Source: Candidatus Heimdallarchaeum aukensis (GTDB taxonomy: Archaea; Asgardarchaeota; Heimdallarchaeia; Heimdallarchaeales; Heimdallarchaeaceae). From it: a stretch of DNA of 64,000 nt. Numbering within the stretch: the stretch's first letter is position 1; each line of letters starts with the position of its first letter. Under the pieces are notes generated by a model. It had not been told where the DNA came from and did no database searches. It saw only the letters and a program-made list of their open reading frames with translations. Positions 47,912-59,005 of the stretch are shown in pieces. The position numbers and the translations under genes are program-made. Location: assembly GCA_021513695.1 (NCBI GenBank), contig CP084166.1, forward strand, positions 1,248,001 to 1,312,000, written 5' to 3'.

Positions 47912-50285
47912 AAAAGTGCTTTTAATTATCTAAATAAATTATTAAGTAAATTATTATGCAAAAAGTCGTACCAAAATTTTAAAAAATACCACTCAAACCT
48001 AAATATTAGCAGTTAGTAACTATTGTATCTATTATTTGAGAGATTCAACTATTAAATTAACAATAAGAATTCAACAGAAGTGGAAAAATGAGTGAAAAAG
48101 TAGGTATCATTGCATATGGAATATATATTCCGCGAAATAGAATTACTGTCGATGAGATCGCCAGTATATGGGGAGAAGATGCTAACGAAATAAAATCTCA
48201 ACTGCAAATTTTTGAAAAATCTGTTCCTTTTCCAGATGAAGATGTAGCAACCATGGCTGTCGAAGCAGCGCGTAATGCAATGAAACAATGGGGAGGAGAA
48301 GCAGAAAAAATAGGTGCAATATATGTTGGAAGTGAATCTCATCCATACGCCGTTAAACCAACTGCAACGATTGTTGCAGCTGCAATAGGCGCAGAAGGAG
48401 AAACGACGGCAGCAGATTTGGAATTTGCATGTAAAGCAGGAACTGCAGGCATGCAAATGTGTTTTGGATTAATTCAGTCAAACATGATCAAGGTTGGTCT
48501 AGCTATAGGTTCTGATAGTAGTCAAGCTAAACCAAAAGACCCATTAGAGTACACTGCGGGTGCAGGAAGTGCCGCATTTTTAATTGGTAAGCAGGATATT
48601 ATCGCAGAGCTTGAGGGTACATATTCTTACACTTCTGATACTCCAGATTTCTGGAGAAGAGAAGGAGCAACTTTTCCCTCTCATGGTCAAAGGTTTACTG
48701 GTATGCCTGCTTATTTTGATCATATTATAAAAGCAACAAAAGGATTATTAGAAAAAATCGATAGAAAGCCTGAAGACTATGATTACGTAACATTTCACCA
48801 ACCTAACACAAAATTTCCTTTAAGAGTAGCTAAAATGTTAGGTTTTTCTAAAGAGCAAATCGAAAATAGTTTGGCGTGTAAGTACGTAGGAAACACATAT
48901 TCTGCTTCATCTATGATTGGATTTGCAAAAATTTTGGATGAAGCACAACCAGGCGATAAAGTTCTTGTAACTTCATATGGAAGTGGAGCAGGAAGTGATG
49001 CTTTTTCTTTTAAAATTACAGAAAACATCGAAAAAATAAGGAGTAGATCTAAAACTGTTCAATATTATATTGAAAATAAAAGAAATATCAGCTATGGTCT
49101 CTATTCCCGCTATAAAGGAATTTTAAAGGTGTAAGTATGAGTAATGAAGTATATATAATTGGTACTGGACAAACAAAATTTGGTGAATTTTTTAATTTAA
49201 ACATTGGTGATCTTGCTTCTGAAGCAGTTAACAAAGCTATTGAAAACGCGGGAATAGGAAAAGATGAGATAAGAACGCTATTTATTGGGTCAACAGTTTC
49301 TAACTCTCTTTCTCAATCATCAATAGGCGGAATTTGTACTAGAAGTTGTAGTTTATCTTCTAACGCTTACAGGATTGAATCTGGAAATGCTAGTGGTGCA
49401 GCTGCATTCCACCACGCTTTTTTAAGCATAAAAAGTGGGTTATATGACGTTGTTGCTGTATTAGGAATTGATAAATTATCAGATTATATCCAAAATGGAA
49501 CAATTGAAAAAATTTTAGCTTCATCCATTGATTACCAATGGGAATACGAAATGGGAGCTACCCTCACAGGATTATACTCTTTTCTGACTCAAGCTCATAT
49601 GGAAGAATATGGAACAACATTAGAACAGCTAGCTTATATTCCAACGAAAAACCATCAAAATGGAGTTCTAAACCCAAAAGCTCAATATAGGTATGCTATC
49701 CCACTAGAAAAATTTCTTAATGCAAAAAGAATTGCTGACCCTATTGGAAGGTTTGATGTGGCTACACCTTGTGACGGTGCAGCAGTAGTAATATTAGCTT
49801 CTGAAAGATATATTGAAAATAAAAAACCACATTCTTACAAGGTAAAAATTCTCTCCTCATCAGCTGGTTCAGACACTTTAGCTTTGCAACACAGAGAAAA
49901 ACTAACAGAGTTAAAAGCAACTAGACTGGCTGTTAACGATGCTTACAATAAAGCCAAAATTTCAGCAAATGATATTAATGTTGCAGAAGTACATGATTCA
50001 CACCCAATTGGAGAGATATTAGCAATAGAAGATCTTGGTTTGGTACCTAAAGGTGAAGGAGGAAAAGCAACTGTAGAAGGGTTGACTGCGCTAAACGGAA
50101 AGATAACTGTTAACCCAAGTGGAGGATTAAAAGCTAGGGGTGATCCTTTCGGAGCAACAGGAATTGCACAGTTAATAGAAATCGTTGAACAAATAAGAGG
50201 AAATGCTGGAAAAAGACAAGTCGAGGATGTAAAATATGGGTTAACACAAAATGTCATGGGAACAGGGGTTATGTCCTATGTTTCT
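46101..50285. repeat. Unit A of a perfect 4185-bp tandem direct duplication
   Basis: All ORFs in 46101-50285 recur with identical translations at +4185 (48088/52273, 49137/53322, protease N-terminus 47911/52096). The junction near 50285-50288 shares a tatt microhomology. Confidence 0.85.
48088..49134 (+). CDS. Archaeal hydroxymethylglutaryl-CoA synthase (copy A)
   Basis: MSEKVGIIAYGIYIPRNRI N-terminus, catalytic Cys context EFACKAG, 348 aa; precedes a thiolase gene (HMGCS/thiolase/DUF35 operon). Confidence 0.85.
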   Translation: MSEKVGIIAYGIYIPRNRITVDEIASIWGEDANEIKSQLQIFEKSVPFPDEDVATMAVEAARNAMKQWGGEAEKIGAIYVGSESHPYAVKPTATIVAAAIGAEGETTAADLEFACKAGTAGMQMCFGLIQSNMIKVGLAIGSDSSQAKPKDPLEYTAGAGSAAFLIGKQDIIAELEGTYSYTSDTPDFWRREGATFPSHGQRFTGMPAYFDHIIKATKGLLEKIDRKPEDYDYVTFHQPNTKFPLRVAKMLGFSKEQIENSLACKYVGNTYSASSMIGFAKILDEAQPGDKVLVTSYGSGAGSDAFSFKITENIEKIRSRSKTVQYYIENKRNISYGLYSRYKGILKV

Positions 50286-50333
50286 ATTTCGTTTACTGCT
50301 ATTCCCTTACTGTTTAGATCTTCAATAAAGTAA
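49137..50333 (+). CDS. Thiolase (acetyl-CoA acetyltransferase), copy A, with a junction-derived C-terminal tail
   Basis: Identical to copy B for 382 aa, then reads SFTAIPLLFRSSIK across the duplication junction instead of LGRGDN. Confidence 0.7.
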   Translation: MSNEVYIIGTGQTKFGEFFNLNIGDLASEAVNKAIENAGIGKDEIRTLFIGSTVSNSLSQSSIGGICTRSCSLSSNAYRIESGNASGAAAFHHAFLSIKSGLYDVVAVLGIDKLSDYIQNGTIEKILASSIDYQWEYEMGATLTGLYSFLTQAHMEEYGTTLEQLAYIPTKNHQNGVLNPKAQYRYAIPLEKFLNAKRIADPIGRFDVATPCDGAAVVILASERYIENKKPHSYKVKILSSSAGSDTLALQHREKLTELKATRLAVNDAYNKAKISANDINVAEVHDSHPIGEILAIEDLGLVPKGEGGKATVEGLTALNGKITVNPSGGLKARGDPFGATGIAQLIEIVEQIRGNAGKRQVEDVKYGLTQNVMGTGVMSYVSISFTAIPLLFRSSIK

Positions 50334-52096
50334 ATATATTGGCCTAATAAATGGTCCATTCCCCAGTTTGTATGCATCTTTGCTAGTAAAATTCTCTTTT
50401 CTCCAGGTACAACTTTAACTTTTATTATTGTCTCTGCTGTAACTCCTTTAGCTGTTTCAAAAGTTATTTTTCCTTCATAATCTCCTACAGCAGCATCTAG
50501 AGGGACATCAAAGATAAGTTCATAGTTTTTGTCCCAAGGATCTGTTGCTGGGGTGGTATTTAATGTGGCAATTTGAGTAATTGTTCCTGATAAGACTGGT
50601 GTTTTATCTTCCCAAGGAGTAGAAGATACAGATTTAACATAAATAGAAGCATAGAAACCTTGGTTTATCTCTTGATAGAATGGCACATCAAGTTCTGGAA
50701 TAGCCCATAATAGAACTGGAAAACCGCTATCGTTTTTAGGAGCGGCTTTAATTAAGTCTAATGCTTTTCCTAAATCTGGAACTCCTGCACCAAATTTCAA
50801 ATAATCTAATCCTTGATCATCAGCTGAAAGCATCATTGCAGTCTTAATCATACCTGCATCATAAGGAATGCTCAATCCTTTTAAGACATCAATAAGTACA
50901 GCTGCTGCTCCAGTAATTGCAGGAGTAGACATTGAAGTTCCTTGCATAGAAACATAATCAGTAGAACTTGCGATACCACAGCTCATAATACCCATACCAG
51001 GAGCTGCTAGATCAGGTTTTACATATCCATCAGCAGTAGGACCGACAGAACTGAAATAAGCTTGTCCTTGACCGGTTTGTTTAGTTGCAGCTACAGAAAT
51101 ACTTTGAGCTTCTGCCCCAGGAGACTCAACTGTATAATAGTTTGTTCCACTATTTCCAGCTGCGACTGCAACAAGAATATTATTTAGGTAAAGTTCTCTA
51201 ATCATTGCTTCTTCAGCATCTTGTCCTTCAGTATCTGTTCCACCCCAACTGAGGTTTATTACATTCACAATAGTTCCATTCTCTTTTAATTCTAGAGCAT
51301 ACTCAAAAGCAGCAATAAAAGCCTCAGGAGGAGCAGGACTTCCTAAGCGTCCTACAAGGATTTTTGCTTCAGGAGCCATTCCTATATATTCAGCATTTCC
51401 TACTCCAGCTCCAGCCATAATTCCAGCTGTGTGAGTACCATGTCCATTTTCATCTTCAATACTAGGATCATTAATATCATAACCGTTTTCCTTGGTAATG
51501 AAAGACTTACTTTCTTCCATTATTCTTCCTTGGAAATCAACATGTTGAGTATTAATTCCTGAGTCAATATCATATGCGATAATAGAGCTTCCCTTATATC
51601 CTAAATCCCATAAGAAACTTACATTTAGAATATCAGCTGTCTGCTTAGTCAATTTAATTTTTTCAGCATTAGATACAAGATAGACTGGATCTTCTGGTTG
51701 CTTAATTTGAGTATATTTAGTATCAGTTAAATCGAAAACATTCTTTACTCCGTCAATTGATTTCAAGTTATCTTTTTCACTTAACATGTCTTCAACAATT
51801 ACCATTTTTAAATAAGGATAGACTCGTTTTACATCATGTTGAGAGACAAAATTCTCTAATGCTTCAGGATTAGAGAAGTGAATAAGATATTTTCGCATCG
51901 AATCGACAAATGGTTGTTGAATTTCAACTTCTCTGGGTTCAATTGAAACTTCAGAACTTACTTGTTCTGTATTCGCGTGAATTATTGAACCAGATTGTAA
52001 TAAAATAAGCAATATTGTTATTGTACTGAACACATACATAATCTTTCTGCGGTTCATAATACAAGCTTTTTTGAGATATTCATAAAGTTTACTCAA
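50276..52096 (-). pseudogene. Truncated duplicate of the S8 protease (N-terminal 606 codons only, no C-terminal domains or anchor)
   Basis: Identical to the first 606 aa of 44870-47911, then diverges at the duplication junction and terminates. Confidence 0.6.
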
Positions 52097-54470
52097 AAAA
52101 GTGCTTTTAATTATCTAAATAAATTATTAAGTAAATTATTATGCAAAAAGTCGTACCAAAATTTTAAAAAATACCACTCAAACCTAAATATTAGCAGTTA
52201 GTAACTATTGTATCTATTATTTGAGAGATTCAACTATTAAATTAACAATAAGAATTCAACAGAAGTGGAAAAATGAGTGAAAAAGTAGGTATCATTGCAT
52301 ATGGAATATATATTCCGCGAAATAGAATTACTGTCGATGAGATCGCCAGTATATGGGGAGAAGATGCTAACGAAATAAAATCTCAACTGCAAATTTTTGA
52401 AAAATCTGTTCCTTTTCCAGATGAAGATGTAGCAACCATGGCTGTCGAAGCAGCGCGTAATGCAATGAAACAATGGGGAGGAGAAGCAGAAAAAATAGGT
52501 GCAATATATGTTGGAAGTGAATCTCATCCATACGCCGTTAAACCAACTGCAACGATTGTTGCAGCTGCAATAGGCGCAGAAGGAGAAACGACGGCAGCAG
52601 ATTTGGAATTTGCATGTAAAGCAGGAACTGCAGGCATGCAAATGTGTTTTGGATTAATTCAGTCAAACATGATCAAGGTTGGTCTAGCTATAGGTTCTGA
52701 TAGTAGTCAAGCTAAACCAAAAGACCCATTAGAGTACACTGCGGGTGCAGGAAGTGCCGCATTTTTAATTGGTAAGCAGGATATTATCGCAGAGCTTGAG
52801 GGTACATATTCTTACACTTCTGATACTCCAGATTTCTGGAGAAGAGAAGGAGCAACTTTTCCCTCTCATGGTCAAAGGTTTACTGGTATGCCTGCTTATT
52901 TTGATCATATTATAAAAGCAACAAAAGGATTATTAGAAAAAATCGATAGAAAGCCTGAAGACTATGATTACGTAACATTTCACCAACCTAACACAAAATT
53001 TCCTTTAAGAGTAGCTAAAATGTTAGGTTTTTCTAAAGAGCAAATCGAAAATAGTTTGGCGTGTAAGTACGTAGGAAACACATATTCTGCTTCATCTATG
53101 ATTGGATTTGCAAAAATTTTGGATGAAGCACAACCAGGCGATAAAGTTCTTGTAACTTCATATGGAAGTGGAGCAGGAAGTGATGCTTTTTCTTTTAAAA
53201 TTACAGAAAACATCGAAAAAATAAGGAGTAGATCTAAAACTGTTCAATATTATATTGAAAATAAAAGAAATATCAGCTATGGTCTCTATTCCCGCTATAA
53301 AGGAATTTTAAAGGTGTAAGTATGAGTAATGAAGTATATATAATTGGTACTGGACAAACAAAATTTGGTGAATTTTTTAATTTAAACATTGGTGATCTTG
53401 CTTCTGAAGCAGTTAACAAAGCTATTGAAAACGCGGGAATAGGAAAAGATGAGATAAGAACGCTATTTATTGGGTCAACAGTTTCTAACTCTCTTTCTCA
53501 ATCATCAATAGGCGGAATTTGTACTAGAAGTTGTAGTTTATCTTCTAACGCTTACAGGATTGAATCTGGAAATGCTAGTGGTGCAGCTGCATTCCACCAC
53601 GCTTTTTTAAGCATAAAAAGTGGGTTATATGACGTTGTTGCTGTATTAGGAATTGATAAATTATCAGATTATATCCAAAATGGAACAATTGAAAAAATTT
53701 TAGCTTCATCCATTGATTACCAATGGGAATACGAAATGGGAGCTACCCTCACAGGATTATACTCTTTTCTGACTCAAGCTCATATGGAAGAATATGGAAC
53801 AACATTAGAACAGCTAGCTTATATTCCAACGAAAAACCATCAAAATGGAGTTCTAAACCCAAAAGCTCAATATAGGTATGCTATCCCACTAGAAAAATTT
53901 CTTAATGCAAAAAGAATTGCTGACCCTATTGGAAGGTTTGATGTGGCTACACCTTGTGACGGTGCAGCAGTAGTAATATTAGCTTCTGAAAGATATATTG
54001 AAAATAAAAAACCACATTCTTACAAGGTAAAAATTCTCTCCTCATCAGCTGGTTCAGACACTTTAGCTTTGCAACACAGAGAAAAACTAACAGAGTTAAA
54101 AGCAACTAGACTGGCTGTTAACGATGCTTACAATAAAGCCAAAATTTCAGCAAATGATATTAATGTTGCAGAAGTACATGATTCACACCCAATTGGAGAG
54201 ATATTAGCAATAGAAGATCTTGGTTTGGTACCTAAAGGTGAAGGAGGAAAAGCAACTGTAGAAGGGTTGACTGCGCTAAACGGAAAGATAACTGTTAACC
54301 CAAGTGGAGGATTAAAAGCTAGGGGTGATCCTTTCGGAGCAACAGGAATTGCACAGTTAATAGAAATCGTTGAACAAATAAGAGGAAATGCTGGAAAAAG
54401 ACAAGTCGAGGATGTAAAATATGGGTTAACACAAAATGTCATGGGAACAGGGGTTATGTCCTATGTTTCT
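50286..54470. repeat. Unit B of the 4185-bp tandem direct duplication
   Basis: See unit A. Confidence 0.85.
52273..53319 (+). CDS. Archaeal hydroxymethylglutaryl-CoA synthase (copy B)
   Basis: Identical translation to copy A. Confidence 0.85.
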   Translation: MSEKVGIIAYGIYIPRNRITVDEIASIWGEDANEIKSQLQIFEKSVPFPDEDVATMAVEAARNAMKQWGGEAEKIGAIYVGSESHPYAVKPTATIVAAAIGAEGETTAADLEFACKAGTAGMQMCFGLIQSNMIKVGLAIGSDSSQAKPKDPLEYTAGAGSAAFLIGKQDIIAELEGTYSYTSDTPDFWRREGATFPSHGQRFTGMPAYFDHIIKATKGLLEKIDRKPEDYDYVTFHQPNTKFPLRVAKMLGFSKEQIENSLACKYVGNTYSASSMIGFAKILDEAQPGDKVLVTSYGSGAGSDAFSFKITENIEKIRSRSKTVQYYIENKRNISYGLYSRYKGILKV

Positions 54471-54494
54471 ATTCTAGGGAGAGGTGATAATTAA
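53322..54494 (+). CDS. Thiolase (acetyl-CoA acetyltransferase), intact copy B
   Basis: 390 aa, thiolase fold motifs (GSGAGS ... CDG), native C-terminus; stop overlaps the DUF35 start. Confidence 0.85.
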   Translation: MSNEVYIIGTGQTKFGEFFNLNIGDLASEAVNKAIENAGIGKDEIRTLFIGSTVSNSLSQSSIGGICTRSCSLSSNAYRIESGNASGAAAFHHAFLSIKSGLYDVVAVLGIDKLSDYIQNGTIEKILASSIDYQWEYEMGATLTGLYSFLTQAHMEEYGTTLEQLAYIPTKNHQNGVLNPKAQYRYAIPLEKFLNAKRIADPIGRFDVATPCDGAAVVILASERYIENKKPHSYKVKILSSSAGSDTLALQHREKLTELKATRLAVNDAYNKAKISANDINVAEVHDSHPIGEILAIEDLGLVPKGEGGKATVEGLTALNGKITVNPSGGLKARGDPFGATGIAQLIEIVEQIRGNAGKRQVEDVKYGLTQNVMGTGVMSYVSILGRGDN

Positions 54495-54883
54495 TGGAAC
54501 CGCCAAAAATTTGGAGAGAACGCAGAGAGCGATACCTAGGAATAGGAATTATTTGCGAAGATTGTCAAAAAAAGAATTTTCCAAAAACAAGAATATGTCC
54601 TGATTGTGGAAGTGAAAACGTAAAACCTTACAAAATAGCAGAGAGAGGTACATTAAAGTATTTTACTCAGATCATGAATACTGGAGATGAATTAATATTC
54701 AACACACCTTATATTGTTGGTCTAGTCGAGTTAGAGGATGGTATTAAGGTTACAGCGCAAATTGTAGATTGTGATTTTAAAGAGCTAAGAAAAGGAATGA
54801 AATTAGAAAAAACATTCAGAGTACTAGCAAGAAATGGAAAAGAAGGATTAATTAAATATGGATTTAAGTTTAGACCAATCTAA
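54494..54883 (+). CDS. DUF35 zinc-ribbon/OB-fold protein, scaffold partner of archaeal thiolase/HMGCS
   Basis: CEDCQKK ... CPDCGS rubredoxin-like ribbon plus OB-fold; canonical third gene of the archaeal thiolase/HMGCS complex operon. Confidence 0.8.
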   Translation: MEPPKIWRERRERYLGIGIICEDCQKKNFPKTRICPDCGSENVKPYKIAERGTLKYFTQIMNTGDELIFNTPYIVGLVELEDGIKVTAQIVDCDFKELRKGMKLEKTFRVLARNGKEGLIKYGFKFRPI

Positions 54884-54894
54884 ACTTCTTTTTT

Positions 54895-56244
54895 TTACAT
54901 ATCTATGTGTATAAAAGAATGAATCTTTAGGTTTTTTTCTTTTAGTTTCTCTATTGTTTTATTGTAATCATGTGTATAAGTGTGTATATCTCCTGTATGG
55001 AAACCGTGTATTCCCCCTTGTATTAAATCATGAACAACTACAAAGCCAATTCCACACCCTCCTTTTTCTTTAGGACAATAGAAAGCTGAAGAATTTTCAA
55101 AAGATAGTTCAATCGATATCTTAAGATTGTTAACAATAGAACTATGTATAGCATTTTCTACTTTCTCAAAACCACAAATTGGGCACTTTGGAGAAAAAAG
55201 TTGTGTTAATATTTCTATACATTTGTTATATATTGACTCAAAAAAGTATCCTGAAGACAAAAGTAGAAGGTTTTGCTCATCAAATTTCTTTATTTCAGGA
55301 AGCTTATGTACAGATAAGAGTTCTTCGAGTTTAGCAATTTCAAATAAGTGTTTAAAGCCTTCTACTGTAGTTTTAATTACACCAATTTCAGAGGAATTAT
55401 CCTTAATTGAAAAAGGTTTCATATATGAATCTTCTTCAACAGAAGAAATATTAAAAATAATAAAGTCTGTATTTTTGGGAAAAGAAGTTGTTTTTGGTCC
55501 ATAATGATAAATTAAGAAGTCCATCAATACTGGTTTTACCTCATTATCATGGGTATCAACTAGAAAAATAAACATCAAATTTCTATCACGAAATTGAATA
55601 ATTAATGGTGGAAGAGAAGATTTGTCCAGATGTAAAGTCTTCATTATCCCTAATCTACGTTTGGAAAGAATATTTTCAATGGACTTTACTGTTAAAAGTG
55701 TAGATTCAGGAACACTATAAGGAACAGGTTTAGAAACTGATACTCCTTGATCTATTAACGATTTTTCAAAATCTTCTCCCCAATTCTCCTTCATCCATTG
55801 CCATGGAATAAAAACGACATTCTTCCTCTTATACCATGCCTTTGAAGTCCTTGTTTCTCCATCGTAATAATAAAATAATGGGTGATTTTTTGAAGATTTT
55901 TCATTAATAATTATAGGTACAGCTACTAAATCTGCATATTTAGAACAATTTTCATGATCAATTCCTAAGCTTAAAGCACGAATGCAGCTTAGCAATTTCA
56001 ACGCAGGCTCTTGAAGCTTTAATTCTACTTCATCTTCAGTCCCTTGAAATGGGTCTTCTGCATCTCCACTTCTAGCCTTTATACAAAGAAGAAGATCTCC
56101 TTTTTGAGCACAGAGTACAACTCTTTTGTAACTTTGATAGTAGTCTACGTCCTTTGTATAAATTGTACAAATTTCAGTCCTAAATCCATTATCATTAAGA
56201 AAAGCTTCTATTAGTTTCATGAAATTTGTTTTAAATATCGACAT
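54895..56244 (-). CDS. Hypothetical protein (449 aa) with C-terminal CPICG ... C..C zinc motif
   Basis: Long ORF with coding composition, no confident family assignment. Confidence 0.4.
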   Translation of the reverse strand: MSIFKTNFMKLIEAFLNDNGFRTEICTIYTKDVDYYQSYKRVVLCAQKGDLLLCIKARSGDAEDPFQGTEDEVELKLQEPALKLLSCIRALSLGIDHENCSKYADLVAVPIIINEKSSKNHPLFYYYDGETRTSKAWYKRKNVVFIPWQWMKENWGEDFEKSLIDQGVSVSKPVPYSVPESTLLTVKSIENILSKRRLGIMKTLHLDKSSLPPLIIQFRDRNLMFIFLVDTHDNEVKPVLMDFLIYHYGPKTTSFPKNTDFIIFNISSVEEDSYMKPFSIKDNSSEIGVIKTTVEGFKHLFEIAKLEELLSVHKLPEIKKFDEQNLLLLSSGYFFESIYNKCIEILTQLFSPKCPICGFEKVENAIHSSIVNNLKISIELSFENSSAFYCPKEKGGCGIGFVVVHDLIQGGIHGFHTGDIHTYTHDYNKTIEKLKEKNLKIHSFIHIDM

Positions 56245-56562
56245 TATCTTATTTGAGTGACAATCCTATAAAAGGATAATGGAGTACATAGAAGCAGAGA
56301 AAAAGCTTTTTCCTTTCCATATGGTGTAAAGGATTAAGAGACTAAGAAATAAGATTTGATAAATCAAATTTTTTACTTAACTGATTTCATTCTCTTCTTT
56401 TACTCGATACATATTGCCAAAGTTATAAAAGTTTAATAATAACATAATTCTATGCGTTTTGTAACCCTTTAATTGCTTGTATTCATAGAAAGGTTAATTA
56501 CAAATTTTTATAATTGCATTTATAAAAAAGAAATATGAAATAATATAAATAGGCTTTTTAGT

Positions 56563-57447
56563 TTGAAAACGAGAATGATGAGTATTAAGTTATTAACAGA
56601 TTCTACAACATCCATACCAAAAAGTTTCCTTGATGAGAAGAATATAGCTATGTTAGAGTTATTAATTGAGATAGATGGCGAGCTAAAAAAGGAGATTTCA
56701 GATATTGATATTGACAAATTTATTGAACAAATAGAAAAAGCAGAGAAGCCGTATACTACTAGTATGAGTTCTCCTCAACATGTTATTGAAACTTTTAATT
56801 CAATAATTAAAGAAGGATACTCTACTATATTATATCCATATATGACTTCTCAAACATCTAGCCAAATTAATGCTGTTAACATAGCTAAAAAACATATTGA
56901 TGGAAAACTAGATATAAAATTTTATGACACACAACTAGCGGGGCCTGCAGTTGCACCATTTATTCTTTACGGAGAAAAAATGATTAAAGAGGAATTAAGT
57001 ATTGACGAAATTATAAAAGTTTTTGATAAACTAAAAGAAAAAATTTACACAATAGGTTTCTCTGAGAATTTCAATGCTTTATTCAGAACAGGAAAAGTCA
57101 AAAAGAATCTCAAAACACAAGTAGTTACAAACATGTTAAATCTCAAGCCCTTATTCCAAATTAGAGTTGGAAAAGGTGTTGAAGGATTTGGAGGAGGAAT
57201 AGGATTTAATGGAGCTGTAAAGAAGATTAAAGAAAAAATATTGGATGAAACTGATGAAAAAATAATCTACAATCTTATTCTAACACACTCTTATGCAAAG
57301 GAAAATGCTAAAATGTTAGAGAAGGAAATCAAGAAAATCAGGAAGATCAAAGAAGTAAACTATTTCACTATCCCTCCAGTAATTGTAAATACTGTAGGTA
57401 AAGGAGCAATAATAGCTACTTTATACCCAATCTATGAAAACATATAA
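56563..57447 (+). CDS. DegV family fatty-acid-binding protein
   Basis: IKLLTDSTTSIP N-terminal motif and length typical of DegV. Confidence 0.65.
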   Translation: MKTRMMSIKLLTDSTTSIPKSFLDEKNIAMLELLIEIDGELKKEISDIDIDKFIEQIEKAEKPYTTSMSSPQHVIETFNSIIKEGYSTILYPYMTSQTSSQINAVNIAKKHIDGKLDIKFYDTQLAGPAVAPFILYGEKMIKEELSIDEIIKVFDKLKEKIYTIGFSENFNALFRTGKVKKNLKTQVVTNMLNLKPLFQIRVGKGVEGFGGGIGFNGAVKKIKEKILDETDEKIIYNLILTHSYAKENAKMLEKEIKKIRKIKEVNYFTIPPVIVNTVGKGAIIATLYPIYENI

Positions 57448-57482
57448 AATAGATTTTTCTTCTTTTTTTGGTGATTACTTAA

Positions 57483-58343
57483 ATGAAAAAAAAAGGAAAA
57501 ACAAAGTTTGATTTACTAGGCATTTCAGAATTTGAAAAAATTAGTGAAGAGATATTTATTGAAATGTCTGATCACTCAATACTCAGAATTTTACATGTTT
57601 CAAGTGAAAAAGAAACTTCCTACACTCTTCTAGTTATTGCAGGTTGGGCATCCATCCCCTTGGGTTGGAATGACTTCTTACTGGAAGCAAAGAAGAACTT
57701 TGAAATTTTTTATTTAGAATCTAGAGAAAAGAAATCTAGCATCCTTCCGCAAGATTCAATAAATGATATTGAGAGAATGGCATTAGATATTTGTGAAACT
57801 GTTGAAAAACTTAATTTAAGGCAAGATAAATTAATACTGTTTAGTTCATCCTTTGGAACACTTCTAACAGCACATGCGCTCTCTTATAAAATGATTAATC
57901 CTTTGCTTACTGTTCTAATCGGCCCAATTGCGAAAGTTGAAATGCCACCGCTAATTGGCTATCTTATAAAATTTCTTCCAATTCCAATTTTACGCTTGTA
58001 TAAACCTTTTGGAAAATTATGGGTAAAGCTATTTAAGAGTGAATCAGAAGAACAAGCAGCAAAGTATCTTCGCGTATTGAAGGAAGCTGATGAAGTTAAA
58101 TGGAAGAAAATTGGAAAAGCAATCGCCCAAAAAGAATATTGGAATATTTATGAAAACATAAGCCGATATCCCACATTAGTAATCGATGAAAGTAACGATA
58201 AAATGCATAACACAGAAGTTACTAAAAAAATAACTTCATTGATCAAAACTGCTAAGTATGTTGACCTTCATACAAATTATTTTACACATTCCGCAGATAT
58301 GGCTCACTTTCTGCAAGATTTCTTAAAAAACCTAGAATTGTGA
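57483..58343 (+). CDS. Alpha/beta-hydrolase fold protein (putative esterase)
   Basis: LILFSSSFGTLL nucleophile-elbow-like GxSxG context. Confidence 0.45.
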   Translation: MKKKGKTKFDLLGISEFEKISEEIFIEMSDHSILRILHVSSEKETSYTLLVIAGWASIPLGWNDFLLEAKKNFEIFYLESREKKSSILPQDSINDIERMALDICETVEKLNLRQDKLILFSSSFGTLLTAHALSYKMINPLLTVLIGPIAKVEMPPLIGYLIKFLPIPILRLYKPFGKLWVKLFKSESEEQAAKYLRVLKEADEVKWKKIGKAIAQKEYWNIYENISRYPTLVIDESNDKMHNTEVTKKITSLIKTAKYVDLHTNYFTHSADMAHFLQDFLKNLEL

Positions 58344-58544
58344 TACATTTTATGTGTTAGCTTAATTCTTTTTTCTTATTTGTCTGTCTCATTTGATAAT
58401 AAACACAAGCTTTTCTGGTTATAGTTATCGTTCATTTACTAGAAAACAAGATTAATATGCAAAGAGCTACAAAAAAATCAATTTGATTAAAATGGAAATG
58501 CTTATATTTAAATCTATTAGAGGAAACTTAAAGGTGAATAATCT

Positions 58545-58940
58545 ATGCCCTATCAATGGTTAAAAAGAAGCCGCAGAAAATTGTCAGGTGGATTAATTAA
58601 GAAAGCAGCATCAAAGAAAAAGCGAGACATGGGTCGATATCCAGCTGAAACACAAATAGGTGAAAGAAAGCTCAAGATTATAAGGACAAGAGGAGGAAAC
58701 ATAAAACAACGCCTATTACGTGATAATTACGCAAATATTTTCGATCCAGAAGAAAAGATCTCAAGAAAAGTTAAGATTACCAACGTTTTAGAGAACAAAG
58801 CAAACAGAGAGTATGCAAGAAGAAGAATCATTACAAAAGGTTGTATCATTGAAACTGAAATAGGTAATGCTAGAGTAACAAGCAGACCTGGACAAGATGG
58901 ACAAATTAACGCTGTTTTGATTGAAAAGAAAACAGATTAG
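58545..58940 (+). CDS. rps8e: 30S ribosomal protein S8e
   Basis: Characteristic S8e sequence [16 protein letters not shown] ... and 131-aa length. Confidence 0.85.
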   Translation: MPYQWLKRSRRKLSGGLIKKAASKKKRDMGRYPAETQIGERKLKIIRTRGGNIKQRLLRDNYANIFDPEEKISRKVKITNVLENKANREYARRRIITKGCIIETEIGNARVTSRPGQDGQINAVLIEKKTD

Positions 58941-59005
58941 TTCTCAACCATTTTTAATTTATTTTTCTAAAAGCATTAATATTATTTCTATTATTAATTT
59001 GGATA

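Noticed and set aside
48052-48456. Cys-rich 134-aa minus-strand ORF, duplicated at 52237-52641
   Set aside because: Antisense to HMG-CoA synthase. The Cys richness comes from GCA/GCT codons on the coding strand. It is duplicated only because it sits inside the 4185-bp repeat.
49943-50257. 104-aa minus-strand ORF, also at 54128-54442
   Set aside because: Antisense within the thiolase gene, in both copies.
49137-50333. Thiolase copy A with a novel C-terminus as a genuine gene fusion
   Set aside because: The tail is out-of-frame antisense protease sequence created by the duplication junction. It is treated as a by-product of the duplication or of a misassembly.
56245-56562. Long non-coding gaps (also 58344-58544 and 60212-60395) as possible tRNA/ncRNA loci
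   Set aside because: No GC-rich cloverleaf-capable segments were found. All are uniformly AT-rich, consistent with promoter or spacer DNA. No tRNA or rRNA could be supported anywhere in the window.
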